NCBI GenBank assembly: GCA_031835245.2
Contig: JAVKOQ020000046.1
Span: forward strand, 1 to 64,000
Reading direction: 5' to 3'
DNA: 64,000 bases
From: Balamuthia mandrillaris
Taxonomy: Eukaryota
Numbering within the stretch: position 1 is the first letter of the stretch; each line of letters opens with the position of its first letter. The position numbers were made by a program, and so were the translations under genes. Shown one piece after another: positions 33,190-47,673 of this stretch. The notes below the pieces were generated by a model. It was not told the origin of the DNA and searched no databases. It saw only the letters and a list, made by a program, of their open reading frames with translations.

Positions 33190-34854
33190 ATGGATGCCGA
33201 AAGGAAAGAAAAGGAGGATCGAAAGGTCATGGAGACCTACAGGATCATAAACCGGCTCCGAGAATCAGAGCCGCTGTTCAAAGAACTCATGAAAGCTCTC
33301 AAAACCTATGAAATCCTGGTCAACCAAACCACTGGAGCCAGCCAGACGTTGCTTGACTCTATGGTACAGTCATATCTACCTCTCTGTTCCCCCTGTTCCT
33401 TTACGTAGTTGTTTGGTTTTCATATTTTTTTTTTAACTTTTTACCACCGCAGCTTAAAATATCAGAACAAAGGGGAGGGGACTTGGGAGATGGCCTACGA
33501 AGGTTAGCCGATTGTCAGTACAGGATCGAGGAAGCAAGGATGAACGGCCTGAAAGCCTTTGTGGACCAGCTGGGAGCCAACTACGAGAAGATAATGGAGG
33601 CCGACCGACAAACGCTGGCCAACGTGGAAAGAAACTACAAGAACCAAAGGAGCAACTCTCTGAAGAGCATAAAGAAGGCAGAAAACCGAACAAAGAAAGC
33701 GGAAAAGAAAAAGCTAAAGGACCCGCGTAAGTGGGAGGACAGCCTTTCGGCGCTTGAAAGCCTGGTCGAAAAGCACGCCGAGTTTCTTGCTGACTCGCTG
33801 AACCAAGTAGCCACCATAGACCGAAAAAAGTATGCCCTCCTCTCCCCTACGTCCTCCCCCTTGTGGCGTTCCATTGACGGAGAACGTGAAAACAACGAGC
33901 AGATACTGTACTTTCATCAAACACTGGAATGCGGTGGTGGATGCTGAGGCAAGAGGGTTTGAACAAGCGGTTAGCTTGTGGGGCAAGCACAAGGAACACA
34001 TGCTGGAGCTGCAAAAGGCGGAGACGCCCACCGACACCGAAGAAATAATCGCCGCGTCCCGTCCCAGAGCGACCCTCTCCCAACTGAAGGCCGCCAGGGA
34101 GACAGGAAACTTCCCCGATGCCTTCTACTGCGGAGACGAGGAGACCACCAGCGAGACAACATCCGATCCCACCAGTTCTCCTCGTTCCGCATACAACGCT
34201 CCATCCCCCGCGAACGCTTCCTTCATCGTGCCTTCCCTCCCTTCCTCCCTCTACAACAACACCAACGCGGACGCACCTCCGATCCCTTTGCCTCGAGATA
34301 CTGCCCCGGTGGAGGTCCCTCCCACCGTCTACAACACCTACCGACCTGCCAACAATCCTTACGGCGGCGGGGGAGCAGGAGATGGTGGTCCACCACCCCC
34401 TCTTCCCCGAGAGAGCCCTCTTCCACAGAGCAGCCCTATGCTTGGTTTCTCGGAGGGCGTTGCTCAGGCTACGTCCACCCACTTTGGAAGCAACGAGGCC
34501 CCCTTGGCAGCGAGCATGGGCATGGGATACGCTACGGCAAGACCAAGCCCTCGACCCCCTCCATCGAGGCCCATGGACTTGATGCACGGGGCAGCCACTA
34601 TGCATGCCTCAAAGGCCGTGCCACCTCCTTCCGGTGGTAGCATTTCTTTCAAGGCGGTAGCGCCATACAAGGCCAGGGTCAAGCGAAAGTACGTTGCACA
34701 AAGCCCACAAGAGCTCACCTTGCAGGTAGGGGAGATATTTGATGTGTACGAGGAGCTCGATAGCAATTGGGGCAGAGCCACTGTGAACGGTGTGACCGGC
34801 CTCTTCCCTCTCTGTTTCATCGAGAAAATGATACGCGCTGGTAGCGCTTCCTAA
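33190..34854 (+). CDS. IMD/I-BAR + SH3 protein (IRSp53/IBARa-like)
   Basis: Helical N-terminus (ETYRIINRL..PLFKELMKALKTYE..LGDGLRRLADCQYRIE), Pro-rich linker, C-terminal SH3 (ARVKRKYVAQSPQELTLQVGE..WGRATVNGVTGLFPLCFIE). Confidence 0.75.
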
Positions 34855-35201
34855 ATGCTACCAGTTGTGATATTCATTCCCTTTGTCTTGTTTTCTCCTT
34901 TCTTCCTTGTCTCTGTTTCGTGTGTGCAGCCCATTTTTTTTTCTTTCTTTAATTATACGCTAGTGCGAGCCCGTGTGTGCGTGTGCTGAGAGAAAAAACC
35001 CAAACAAAAAAGACGCCCTTGGAGAGAGAGAGAGAGAGAGAGAGGGGGGGGTATCGAAAAAACAAACAAGCCAATTCTATTTCCTCTAACCTTACGTCCA
35101 CACTGCAGGTGCAGTTGGAGAACAGAAGTTAAAAAAATGTACAGGCCCATCTCTCAGCATCACATCATCAAGAAGAGAGAGAAAAAGGTGAGTAGGGTTG
35201 T

Positions 35202-36006
35202 TTAGTTGGTGCAGTCCCGAGCCCAGTGACCACTTTGGCCACACTTGTAGCACGTGTCATTGCCACCGCCACCACCACCAAAACCGCCGCCGCCACCGCC
35301 GTAGCGCCTTCCACCACCATAACCGCCGCCGCCATAGCCACCGCCGCCATATCCTCCGCCGCCGCCGCCGCCGCCGCCAGAGCCTCCTTCAGGGCACTCA
35401 CGGGCAAAGTGACCGGGCTTTCCGCACTGAGTATACAAAAAAAAAAACAATTGGTAAGCGGTCCTCTACCAGTGTGGGAACAAAGAGAAAATAAGTACGT
35501 GATAGCAGTCACCGCCACGTCCTCCGCGGCCTCCGCCGTAGCCGCCGCCGCCACCACCACCAGTGCTGCCCTCAGGGCACTCACGGGCAAAGTGACCAGA
35601 CTTGCCGCAGTTGTAGCAGGTGCCACCACCGCCGCCGCCAAATCCGCGACCGCCGTAGCCACCGCCGCCACCGCCGCCAGTGCTGCCCTCAGGGCACTCA
35701 CGGGCAAAGTGACCGGGCTTGCCGCAGTTGTAGCAAGTGCTGCCACCGCCTCCTCCTGATTATTCGGGAAGAGGGAGTGAGCAAGCCATTTTTTTAAAAA
35801 CAAAAACAAAAAAGTAGTGGTGAAAAAATCTCTCTCCAATATTTTTGGTGCAAAAGGGGCAAAATGATTTTGGGGCTTGAGAACAGAGACACACACCTGT
35901 TTCAGTGCACCACCAGTTTTAAAGTGAACTCACTCTCCCTCTCTCACAAAATCGCTCTCTCCCTCTCGCCTTCAGATTTTAAAATACCTTCGTTCCTGAA
36001 AGACAT
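35202..36006 (-). CDS. Gly-rich CCHC zinc-knuckle protein (CNBP/GIS2-like)
   Basis: [30 protein letters not shown]...; four CX2CX4HX4C knuckles separated by RGG/GGY linkers, ending [16 protein letters not shown]. Confidence 0.88.
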
Positions 36007-36305
36007 GATGATTAGGATCTGCTGTTGTGTGTGTGTGTGTGTGTGTGTGTTTTAGCTAGTCGAAAAAACTGAGCGGTTTTTTTCTGACGCGAAAAAAAAA
36101 GAAAAACGGAGAAAGAAAAAAGAAAAGTGAGAAAGAAAACCAGAATGTCGACAGAATAACTATTTTCAGCAACCAATCATCAATCTTAAATTATGACACC
36201 AGCCAATCACAGTTCTGGGGAAATTTTCGAGACGACATGGAAGAAATGGGCTGTCGGCAATAATTAAGGTTGACCAGAAGGTAATTCCACGCCAGAGTGG
36301 AAAAG

Positions 36306-37035
36306 ATGGACACAACATTGGACGTGCTGGCCGGAGGGGTCTTGCTGGCTTCGCTATGGGCGGCAGGGGAGGTCTTCTCCTTGTTTCGGTCACGCCTGGT
36401 GGGACAGATCCTGGTCGGCATTCTGTTGGGGCCTGGCTTGTTGGACTATGCACCCCACCCGGAGGCCTTCACCCTTATAGGCCTGCTGGGCCTGCTGCTG
36501 ATGGTGGCTGGGGCGGGGTTGCACCTGGACCTGGGTCCGTTGAAAGATGTGGGCTGGCGGGCCGTGGCGGCGGCCCTCACGGGAACCATCCTTCCTGCCT
36601 TCTGTGGCCTGGGCTTCTGCCTTGCTCTCGGCTACGGAGTTGTTGAAGGGTTGGTGGCTGATTACTTTCCTGTTTTTTCCCTTCCTTCTTTCGTTGTTGT
36701 TCTCTTTTTTCTCATCTTTTCTTACCATACGAACAAAGCTTGGCAGTAGGCATTGCACTCTCTTCCTCCTCAATGGGCATGGCCATCAGCTTGTTACAGC
36801 AGGCCAACGAAGTGGAAACCCCTTTGGGCTCTCTTATCTTTGCTGCCTCCATGCTTGATGACATTTTCGTACGTACCCTTTTGTTTTTGTTTCCAACTCT
36901 TTTTTTTTTCTCCACTTAACTTTGGTTATATCGAAAGTCACTCGTTCTTCTGTCCGTTCTATTGCAGCTTGACGACGTTAGCGCGTTGGTGGGTCTCCTT
37001 CTCTCACCAAACACCCAAGCAAAAAGAATCACTAA

Positions 37036-37078
<43 letters not shown>

Positions 37079-38641
37079 AACAGGAAGTGATAGACTACTT
37101 TGAGCTGATCGGAGTACCAATAGCTTCTTCCATTTTTCTGTTTCTGTTGGGTGGTGTTGCTTGTTGGCTCCTTCCTTTGCTTTGGCGGTGGGTGTGGCGG
37201 CCTTGCCTCCCTGAATCATCCAGAAGAAGACCACAACCCGCCCAAGAAGTTTCGGAAGGGGAAGCAGTGGTAGGAGAAAGAGGAGGAGTGAGAGCAACCA
37301 AGACAAACGAAACAGGGAGACAAAAAGTAGCAACCGAAGGCGAAGAGTGTTCAGAACGAGAACATAACAAGCATGAACAAGCTGAACACCAGGAATGGCA
37401 GGATTCGATGGAAGAACAAGAACAAGAAGAAGAGAATGAACATGCATGTAAGAGTGAAACACGAAACGATTCGATGGCAGAAGAAGAGAAAGATGAAAGA
37501 GAAGAGGAAGAAGGAGAAGAAGAAGAAGAAGAAGAAGAAGAAGAATCAGAAGAAGAAAAAATAATAGAGGAACAAGAAAAGGAGGAAAAAAACGACAAAC
37601 CAAACACATTGCATTCCCGCACCAACCGAAAGAAGTACAAAAAGAAGTACACACATAACAACGAGGAAGCAAAAGTTGTTTCCGACGAAGAAGCTTCAGA
37701 TAAATATACAGACACAAAACGTAAGACGAGGACCCAACGACTGCAACGTAGGCTCTCCAAAGAACAAAGAACAGCACTGCTAGCTTGCGTGTTGTTGTCA
37801 GGATGGGGCTTAGCCGTCGTGGCCGGACTCATTCGAACAACCAACCTGTTGGGAGCCTTTGTAGCAGGGTTTGGCTTCAGTCGAGTTGCAGGAGCGAAAA
37901 ACGTGTGGGATCGGAGAATACCTCCATTGGAGTATTGGCTTTCTGGGTAAGCCTCCGTTCTTTTCTTTCTGTCTCCTTTATTTTTCGTTTTTTGTTTATT
38001 GTTTGGTGGTGTCCTCCAAGGCTTTTACCTCTTTCTAAAAGAAAAAAAAAAAATCAACAGCATCTTCTTCGTGTCGATTGGATTCGTGGTTCCAGTTGGC
38101 GATCTGTTTGACGCGGAAGCTGTTGGATGGGGTTTCCTCTACGCCCTCATTTCTGCGTTTTCCAAAATAGGCGCTGGTTCTCTTCTTCTCTCCCTTCTCC
38201 TCCTCCTTCTTCTCTCATCGTTGGGCTAAAGCAATCTACTGTGGTATGGTTTGAAAAGGTATCTGGGCCAAACCTTTCTCAGATTCACCGATATTAGGCT
38301 TTGCATTGGTTTGCTATATTATCCATCTCTTTCTTTGTATCATGAAAGACCGAGTTAACATTTTAAAAAAAACAAAGGTGGGACGAGGCGAGTTAGGTTT
38401 CTTGATGGCAATAGAGGCGTTGGATAAAGGGATAATGGGACAGCTAACCTTTTCAGTGGCCATTTGGGCGCTGCTGCTCAATACGTTCATTGCTCCGTTC
38501 TTCTTTGCCTTCTTTTTAAGCCGGAAAAAGAAGAGAGAAGAACGCAAGAAGCGAAGAACCGAGCAGAGAAAAGAGGAAGAAGTGGAACTGAGAGTGATTC
38601 CCTCCTCTTCCCCTTCAGAGGATGAGAGCAACAACGAGTAA
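36306..38641 (+). CDS. Cation/H+ antiporter, CPA2 family, with large acidic insertion
   Basis: LVGQILVGILLGPGLL, AGLHLD, AASMLDD, LLGAFVAG, IFFVSIGF, VGRGELGFLMA. Confidence 0.88.
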
Positions 38642-38981
38642 GAAGAAGAAACGCAAAGAACAAAAAAAAAAAGCATTGAAGGTAGGACTGTTTTTTTGTC
38701 CATCAAGCGAGCATTCATGGCATTGCAACATTTTATTACTTCTTTTTCGAGCCAGCTAAGTGCTTTGGCTGTTGTCCTCCTCGTCCTCTTCCTTTCCTTT
38801 TACCACTAATACAAGAACTGTAATACTAACAGTTCTTGTGTCCCAAACCTTTCTACGATGCTCCGTCCGATATTAAGGCTTTGGTTCGACTCTTGATCCC
38901 TGTGAAAGAAAGTTGAAAAAAAGAATGGGAAGAAGTGAGTTAGGTTTTTTTAAAATGGCAACAAAGGCTTGGGAGACAGAG

Positions 38982-39770
38982 CTAATTGTTCTTCTGATCC
39001 TCTGAAGAACCAACAGGGGTTGTGTCATCATCCTCTCCCTTTCCTGTTTCTTCTCCTCCTTCGCCTTCATCTTCTAATTCTTGCCGAGACCGAAAGAACG
39101 GACTGTTGAAGACAACGTCCAACACTCGCTTCTGCCCAAGCAAGATCTTTTCCATCTCAACGAGCAGTTCCTCTGAGTCCATTCGTTTGTCTTTTGCTGC
39201 TGCTTCTCCTTCTCCTTCACTCTTCTGCTTGTTTTTCTCTCGCTCGATCAGTTCCATCAGCTTCCCTCGTTCCATCTCGATGGTGCTGCGCAGCAACTCC
39301 GCGACCGCCATTCTGTCCTTCTCGAGCGCTGCCTCTGCTCGAAAGATCCTCTCATCGGCTTGCGCGCGCAGCTTGCGTAGGTTCAAATCGGTGGCTTGGG
39401 CCACTTTGTCGTTGATCAACGTTTGAAACCGACTTTTATCCACGATCATGTGACCTGAGTTTGAAAGCACTGGTTAAGAAAGAAAGGGAAGGGAAGGGGA
39501 AGAGAAAGCAGAAAGTGAACCTTCTTTGGGGAATGTGGCGAGCGCTGCATTGTTGTTGTTTTTGTGGTGGAGCAAATCTTCAGGAGAGTTGATGGGAAGC
39601 AACAGCGTGTACTTGCGCCGCAGCTCCTCCGGGGCGCAACCTTCCAGCTCGCTTTGCTTGACTTGACCCACCCGGAACACTTCGAACAGGTCCATGGTCG
39701 ACTCTATGTTGGAGGAGGAGGAGGAAGACGAAGAGGGCTTCACCGTGTCGCTGCTGCGGTCTTCCATCAT
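38982..39770 (-). CDS. Hypothetical coiled-coil protein
   Basis: ORFs 39474-39770 and 38982-39470 are separated by a short pyrimidine-rich intron-like segment; 3' end uncertain. Confidence 0.5.
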
Positions 39771-40464
39771 AATTTAAAGTTCGAACGTGGTCAGAAGGTC
39801 GTGTCGTCCTGATAAATTCGAACAGGAGGAACATGCCGGAAGGGAAGCTCCGTGCTTCCAAAGGAGAAAGAAGTAGACGAGGGGCTGACCTCAGAAGATG
39901 AGGACAAAAGAGCGGCCGCTAGAAGAACGGTGGCCGAGTTGCCCTTCGAGGAAGTAGCGGACGAGGTCAGCCGATTCCCCTTCAACAGCATAGCGGAAAA
40001 GACTATGAGGACAAACGACGCAAGTTTGTTTTGTAGTGTTTACTTGCTTGGCCCAATAATGTTGACCAGAGCCGTGCTTGCCCCTCGTCCTGTGACCACT
40101 GAAGCCGCTTTGGAAGGAATCAGTCAAGCGGTGATGTGTATTCTCTCAACCTTTTGACTTTCAACAACATGGCATGAATTTACATTGATTGCAGTGCGAA
40201 GGAGGCCACACACCAGCAGTAAGGAAGCCTGCCCGCAAACTCCGACCGGTCACATCCGATGATTTGTCCTGCCCGCCAGCTATCCAATGCCGGCATTACA
40301 CGCAGCCACATATGGTAACCCCAAACAATAATTCCAAGAAAAATTTCACGTATTAAATTATACTTAATTAATTTTTCAATGGGCCAAAAACGAAATTTCA
40401 ATACCTTACGGTAATATTCGTCGACGAGTCGACAAAATCATAAGAGGGGATACACACAACAACG

Positions 40465-41865
40465 ATGAACGATGAGCTGAAGAAGGCGCAGCTCTCTTTT
40501 CTTCAGCGGTACCAAGGCCTGCCCACAAGCGTCCGCAACAGAGGCGCGGATGCTTCCAATGAAGGCGGCGGCGCAGCAGAAGGAACAGCCCCCAAAAGAG
40601 CCATTTTCATCACCTCGCGAGCCGCAAAGAAACGGGCGAGAGCCAACTTCAAGAACAACCTCGTGCCTATCAATGGAGCCGCCGCGGCGGTCGCCAAGAA
40701 GGAGGAAGAGCCTGAGGTGGAGAGCCTCCGCATCAGACACTCCACGCTGCGTACGGCCGCCAACCAAAAGACCACCAGCAGCATGCTCTTTGATGTGATT
40801 ACTTTCCTGAAGGATGCGGACAGGGCCGTCACGGAGGAGGAGATTGCTGCCAATACTGGCTTGCAGATCTCTGCCTATCCTGACCTTTTGAACAGCCTCA
40901 AAAACAATCCCAAGGTTTGTGTTTCCCTTTCTGCCTTTTTTTTAAAAAAAATATTCTTCTTTCTCTAGGACTCTTGTTATCTTCTCTTTTCTCTTGTTCT
41001 CTCTTTTCAGTTCTATCTGTTCGCTTTTTGCTTCTTGTGTATCTCTTATACTCATGCGTAGCACATTATAGGTGGGTGTGGTGGACAAATGGTTTTCGTA
41101 CAAACCCACGTATGATGTGACCAACAAGGAAGAGCTGTTGGACCTTATCATGAAGACGCCAGATGGCATCGACAGTGCCGAACTCAAAGACTCATACAAA
41201 AATGTCATGAAAGACACCAAGGTATCACTCTACCTTCTCCATTCTTCTTGCTCCTCTTCTTCTCTTCTCCTTTCTCCTTTCTTCTGCTTCTTCTCTCCTT
41301 CTTATCTCCTCCTTCTCCTTCTCCTTCTCCTTCCCTCTCCCTTTCTGGTCGTTTCTTTGTCCTCTTCTCTGTTTGTTTCTTCATTGAAAGAAGAATTGAT
41401 GGCAATGCATAGGAACTACAAGAGGAAGGCAAAATACTGGTTGTATATAACAGCGAAGCAAAGACCAACATATTGTATCCAAACGAGCCGCACCTCCGCT
41501 TCGAGGTATTTCCCGAGTTCAAAGAGATGTGGAAGGAAGTTAAAGTGCCAGACCAGGTTGACCTCGAACGGTCTCTCAATGAAGCTGGTCTCTCTTCTTT
41601 TTCTTCTTTCTTTCTCCATTATCTTTGTGCTGATGAAGCTGTATTCATAGGCTTGAAGCTGCTGCCCGAGGATGATGAGCTGAAGAGCGAAAAGTACAAA
41701 CAACCCAAGGAAAAGAAGAAACGGAAGAAGCGAAAGGTGAAGATCACCAACACCCACGTTGTAGAAATAGACCTCAGCAGGGACTTCACCCCCAGCGAAC
41801 TGGCCAGCGGGGCTGCTGACCTTCGCCACCAAAACGGCGCTGAGAAAACGGAGCCAAAGACTTGA
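40465..41865 (+). CDS. GTF2E2: Transcription initiation factor IIE subunit beta
   Basis: LLNSLKNNPKV, FSYKPTYDVTNKEELLDLI, ELKDSY, LQEEGKI, EFKEMWKEVKVP, KKRKVKITNTHV. Confidence 0.88.
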
Positions 41866-42116
41866 CCAAAAAAGCAGAGAAGAGAAAGAAGAGGAGGAGA
41901 CAAGAAAGAAAGAAAAGCTCTTCTTTGAGCAGCTTTGTACAGCACCCAAACACCTTTGTTTTTTTATTCGAGGGGCTTGTGTTGAAGAAGCTCAAAAAAA
42001 AAAGTAGAGGAAAAACGAGCAAGAACTGCCCCCTTTTTGTGGGGGTGAGTTCAACCATACCCTACTTTCAGCAGAAAACCACCAGAAAGTAGCACCCACA
42101 AGAGATGGCGCTGCTG

Positions 42117-42165
<49 letters not shown>

Positions 42166-42273
42166 TGCTGCTACTCCTTTCGTACTACGTACGGTGTGGG
42201 TACTGAACAAAGAGAGACAACACAGAAAAAGGTGGTGGTGTGGGCTTGGGCTTGGTGGGTGTTAGAGGAGGAG

Positions 42274-42822
42274 ATGAGCGACAAACAGAGTGGCAGCGCT
42301 GTCGAGCAAGGTTCTATCTATGTGCGGATAGAGGAGGCGGACTGGCCTGCGCTTGCAGAGTGGCTGCAGGCCAACCTGCCTCAAAAGACCTTCCTGGTGG
42401 GAGAGCAGCCAATAACAACAACGAACGCCTGTGGGGCGTGCGCATGCAAAACCCAAAAGGGAGAGCAAGATCGGCTCGTTGGTTCCTCTTGTTGTGGCAG
42501 TTGTTACTGCTGCTGCAGCACAATGGGGCGGTGCAGAGAGCAGTGCCTCATCCCTTTTTCTTTCCAAGAAGGAAACCAACTGTTGGCAGAGTGCCAGCAG
42601 TTGTTCAAGAACGGAGAAGAGGAGAGCACTCCGGTCGGGATAAGAGAAGAGCAAGAGGAGGAGGAGGAGAACGGAGGGGAATGGGTGATAGTAGAAGAGA
42701 GAGGCCTCATTCATCAGGACACGTACCAACCAGCCAAGAGGAAACGTTCGGGAGGCAAAGGCTTTTTTGCTCGTTGGCCTTCCTTTCATGTGGCGCGGCG
42801 GCTTGGAGGTTTGCACACTCAC

Positions 42823-42871
<49 letters not shown>

Positions 42872-43276
42872 TCTTCCCTTCACGGTGGAACACGTGACCC
42901 TAACTGCTTTGATGTAGCGGTGATGGAGGCGTCTGGCACGGCCTTCTATTGGGGCTGCATGGGAGGAGTACTGTTCGCCATGGAGGACATCTGCTTCAAC
43001 TGGTCCATCAGCGCCGGCTACCTCTTCCTTGTGGGCTCCTCCCTGCCGAGGTGGTGGCTGCTCTCCTCGGCTGCCTGCCACGTCCTGGCCTGCGCCGTTG
43101 CCTGTGGCAGCACCTTGGCCGCTCCTGTGGTGATCGTGGGCAGTGCTGGTGTCTTTGTGGCGGCTTCTGTCTACCACTCTTTTGTGGCTGCTGGGCGGGG
43201 CCTCTCCCTGCTCACCACCGCCTCTTGTGGAAACCTATCCTCCTCCACCTCCTCCCTATCTTCCTCTGCGCTGTAA
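42274..43276 (+). CDS. Hypothetical protein with Cys-rich segment and hydrophobic C-terminal helices
   Basis: ORF from ATG 42274, a (CT)n intron at ~42810-42917, then a hydrophobic ORF to 43276. Confidence 0.5.
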
Positions 43277-43578
43277 GAAAACTTTCTTCTTGTACAATTT
43301 GATCTCAGTAATTCAAATAACCAATCAAAATTCAAAACATGCCTAGGAAATTACCATTTAAAGGGTGTCGACGTAAATATTTTACCCATTTAAGGTTCTG
43401 GTTCAACAAAATCGATCGAAAAAAAGGGTAATGAAAATATAGAAGAAAAAGGGCAGCAAACGTGGTGGAAGTTCATGCGCACACGGTGGGGACGGCGTTC
43501 CGTGAACAACAGACCCATATTTTGTTTGCATCTGCTGGCAGATGGTGCAGAAGAATCGTGTTCGTGGAGCAGCGAAAT

Positions 43579-44518
43579 ATGAAAAGAGGAGAAGAATCGG
43601 AAACCGCCCGGCTGATCGCCAAGGATTACGTTGGCGATGAGGAGGAAGAGGAAGAACAAGAGCTGCGGGAGGAAGATCTGATCCCTTCTTCTGTGGCCGT
43701 CCAGGAGGTAGAGGAGGTACTACCTCCGAAGCGGACACCGCTGCCCCTAACGAAGCTGTTTGTTATCATGACGGTGCGCTTCTGCGAAGCCGTATCCACG
43801 ATGCAAATATTTCCCTACGTCGCCTTCATGGTCAAAGACTTTTTTAACTATGGCGACGATCAAAACAACCTCATCGGCTACAAGTACCCTTTTCCTCTTT
43901 CTTGCGTCTTCTCAACTCTCTCTTCTCTCTCTTTCTCTGCTTCTGTTCTTGCTCTCCTCTTCCTCCTCCTCTCTCTCTCTCTCTCCTCTCTCTCCCTCTC
44001 TCTTTTATTCGTACTCGTCAAGGGCAGGTTACTTGGCGTCCTGTTTCACTCTGGGCCAGTTTTTGTCGGGGTACGTCTTCTGCTGGTACCGCTGTTCACC
44101 CTTTTCAGTGGCTCACTTTCTTCCTTTCTATAGTTCTTTCTTTCTATAGTTTTTTGTGGGGTTGGCTGGCCGACAAATGGGGACGAAGGCCTGTGCTTCT
44201 CCTCGGGACGGCTGGTACTTTGGCCGCCATTCTGCTCTTTGGCACCAGTACCAATTTCTACTGGGCGCTCTCCATGAGAACACTTCATGGTATTCTTAAT
44301 GGGTTCGATCACCAAACCTCATTGGTTCTTGTTCTCCTCCTGCTTCTTCTTATTTCGCTTCCTTGGATTACAGGAATATAGGCGTTACCAAAACGTACTT
44401 GGCAGAGATAACGGATTCTAGCAATCGTGCCACTGCCTTCTCTGTGATTGGGCTAACAGCTGGTCTGGCTCGAGTAGGTTGGTTGCTCTATTTTCTCAGT
44501 TTTGCTAGATATGGTTCT

Positions 44519-44574
<56 letters not shown>

Positions 44575-45939
44575 GTGGGACCGATAATAGGTGGCTATCT
44601 GGCCCAACCAGCCAAGAAGTATCCTTCATTGTTTCCGAAAGATAGCTTCTTCGACCACTATCCCTACTTGATGCCTTGCCTCGTTGGTGCAAGCGTAACT
44701 CTTGTTGGATTGATAGCTGGATACTTCTTCTTGACTGAAACCCTTCAAAAGTCTCCGAAGAAAGAAGCAGACATAGAGATGAAGCCTATAAGAAAGCAAT
44801 ACAGAGTAAGAGGAAGAAGATAATAATGACGTTGAACAACAGGAGCAAAACTTGGAGGACGATGAAGCAGAACACTTGTCACTGGTTGGAAAGCGGAGTA
44901 AAGGCAATGCTTCACTAGAGGATGACAACCACTCAACGCAGGCAACTTCCTTAGTTGCCACTTTGTCACATCGCAAGGTTGCCATCCCTTGTTTGATGTA
45001 TTTCTTTGCAGCTCTTATTTTTATAAGCTTTGCCGGTACGCGCTTTTTTTACTCTTTTGCGTAGTTCTTCTCTTGTCTTGGTCTTGTCGTTCTTGTTCTT
45101 CTTCCTCTTCCTCTTTCATTACAGTTTTACAGTATCCTGCAACATCATTTCTTTTCTTTCTTCATTCAATCAGAACTGTTTTCCATCTGGAGCGTACAAC
45201 AAGTCGAAGACGGTGGTCTGGCCTTCACTTCGCAGAACATCGGCACCACGGCGTCCATCTCCGGACTAATGATGGCCTTCTTCCAACTGGTCCGCTACCC
45301 TCGCCTGGCCAATCGTTTTGGACCGCTCTTCATGTTTCGCGCTTCGATGATTTGCGTCATTCCCATCGTTCTCTTCTTTCCCAATCTCAACCTGTTAGCC
45401 AGACATATCCCTGATGCTCGCTGGTTGCTATGGATGGTGCTCGTTTCTTCGGTGAGCGTGCGGTACATGTCAAGCGTTAGCTGCTTCATCTCTATTTCAA
45501 TCATGATTTCAAACTCTGCTCCAAATGCTAAACTCGGTTTATTCTCTCTCTCTCTCTCTCTCTCTCCCTCTCCTTCCTCTCTCCTCTCTCTCTCTCTCTC
45601 TCCTCCTCTCTCTCTCTCCTCCTCCTCCTCTCATCCACATATTTTCACATTTAACACCAACATACAGGGGCTGTGAATGGATTGGGTCAATCGCTGGCAT
45701 CATTGGGAAGGACAGTCGGTCCAACGGTGGCTGGCATCACGTTTTCTTGGTCTCTTAGCAATGGGATAGGTTTCCCCTTTGACTTTCGTTTCGCTTACTT
45801 TGTGTTGGCGTTCCTCTGTCTTTTTGGTGTTCTCATCAGGTTCGTCCGTCCCTTTTATTCGAAGAGATTAACACTTATTCTTTGTTATGTTTCCGGTTTA
45901 AAGTTTGGTTTTGCCATCAACCATAAATGTTTCTTTTGA
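43579..45939 (+). CDS. MFS transporter (ZIFL/DHA1-like); 3' end approximate
   Basis: RTPLP..KLFVI, IFPYVAFMVKDF, WGWLADKWGRRPVLLLG (MFS motif A), GNIGVTKTYLAEITDSSNRA, GPIIGGYLAQPA, NGLGQSLASLGRTVGP. Confidence 0.9.
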
Positions 45940-46106
45940 CGAAGCACAAAAAGAGGAAGTTGCAGAAGAGAAGAAGAGAAGGAAGAACGTACATTCTTGA
46001 TGAACTTTGCCCAAAGTGCCAGGGAGATACAAGCAAGTTTAACAACATGCAAACTTGTATTTGTACTTATGATTTAAAAAAACAAGATAGAGAAACAACG
46101 TTTTCA

Positions 46107-47634
46107 TTACTGCTCTCCTTCTTCTGGTTGTTGTTCAGAGGAGGAAGGAGAAGGCTTGAGGAGGATTTCTCTTTCATAGAGCTCATCTTTGGACTTGCGG
46201 TTGACGAGGTTCTTTTCCAATTCTTGTGACTTGTGCTCTTTCTCCAAAGCTACGCTGGCGGCTACGATGGAAGGAGAGACGTCAGTATCTTTGATAACAT
46301 TCTTCTGCACCAGCTCGTCTTTTTCTGGTCTGTTTTCGATCTTCTTCTTCAAGCTCAGAGAAACCTGTTCTTTTTCTGTTCCAAGAATAGGAGTCAGAAA
46401 AGAAAGGAAGAGAAGGAAAAGCAAAGACAGAGCAAGAACAAACCTAAAGCAACTTTGGCTTGAAGGATGGAAGAGGAGACGTCAGAAGCAGGCATCACAT
46501 TTCTTTGGATGAGCTCCTCCTTCTCCGGTCTGCTCTCCAAGTGCATTTCCAACTGTTGAGCCAACTGCTCTTTTTTCAACGACTCTTGAGCCGCTTGCAA
46601 ACTTGGTGCGATATTTGTGCCTGAGAAAGTAAACCAATCAAGTAAGTATGTATAGAGGAAAGAAGGAAAGACATCAAAAGAGAAACGAGGAAGAGGAAAA
46701 GAAAAAGAAAAAGAGAACGAAAAAAGAGAGAGACAGTCTTTCTCTATTTATTTACCAGATTTAATAACGTTGTGCTCAATCAGTTCATCAATAGTGGGAC
46801 GTCTTTCGATCTTTCTTTCGAGTTCTTGTGAGAGCTGCTCCTTCTCGAGGGCTGCTTTGGCGGCTTGCAAGTTGGGCGCAACGCTGTCGTCCTTCATAAT
46901 GTTCTTTTGCACTAACGAATCTTTCTCCGCTCTGTGCGCCAATTTCTTTGCCAAAGCTGTACGCAATGAAAGTCATTAAACGAGTTGGAAAGACAACAAA
47001 AAAATAAATGAATAGAAAAGAAAAGAAAAAGAAAAAATTATAACAAAAAACGAAAGAAAGAAGGAGAAAACTAGAGCATAATAACTTACAGTCTTTAACG
47101 CTGCTTCCTTGATCGTTTGATTCCTGGTCATCAGCGTCTTCTTCCTCCTCCTCTGCCTCTGCCTCCGCCTCCTCCTCCTCATCGTCATCATCGTCATCGC
47201 TGTCACCATCAGCTTCTGCCTCATCATCATCAGAAGAAGAAGAGGAATAACGAGCTCCACGACGACGATACTTCTTCTCATCATCAGAGTCCGAAAGCTC
47301 CACTTTTTCGTCCTCCTCGCCATCCTCTTCGGGAGTAAAGGGAGTGCCTGGCTCAGGGAAGTAGGCTGGCATCAGGAACTCGTAGCAACGCTTCTCCTTT
47401 TCCAAAAACACGCAGAAGATGATGCGATCAAACTTGGTCCTGTTGTCGCCTTCTTGCAACCATTTTCGCACCGTCTATTCGTTTGTTTAGTTTCGTCAAT
47501 ATCAGAATTAAAAGTCAAGAGAAAAGAGAGCAAAGGAAAAGAAGGAAGACCTTAAGAGCAATGCGAGAAGCAGCGTAAAGAGGATAACCATAAATGCCTG
47601 TTGAAATGCCACAAAACGCCTTTATTTCATCCAC

Positions 47635-47673
<39 letters not shown>

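Noticed and set aside
35202..35760. Repeated CTCAGGGCACTCACGGGCAAAGTGACC units as a CRISPR-like array
   Set aside because: They encode the repeated CCHC zinc knuckles ([10 protein letters not shown]) on the minus strand.
39852..40157. 101-aa plus-strand ORF (MLPKEKEVDEG...)
   Set aside because: GTG start, no recognisable domain or convincing splice partners; it may be a gene fragment but I cannot support it.
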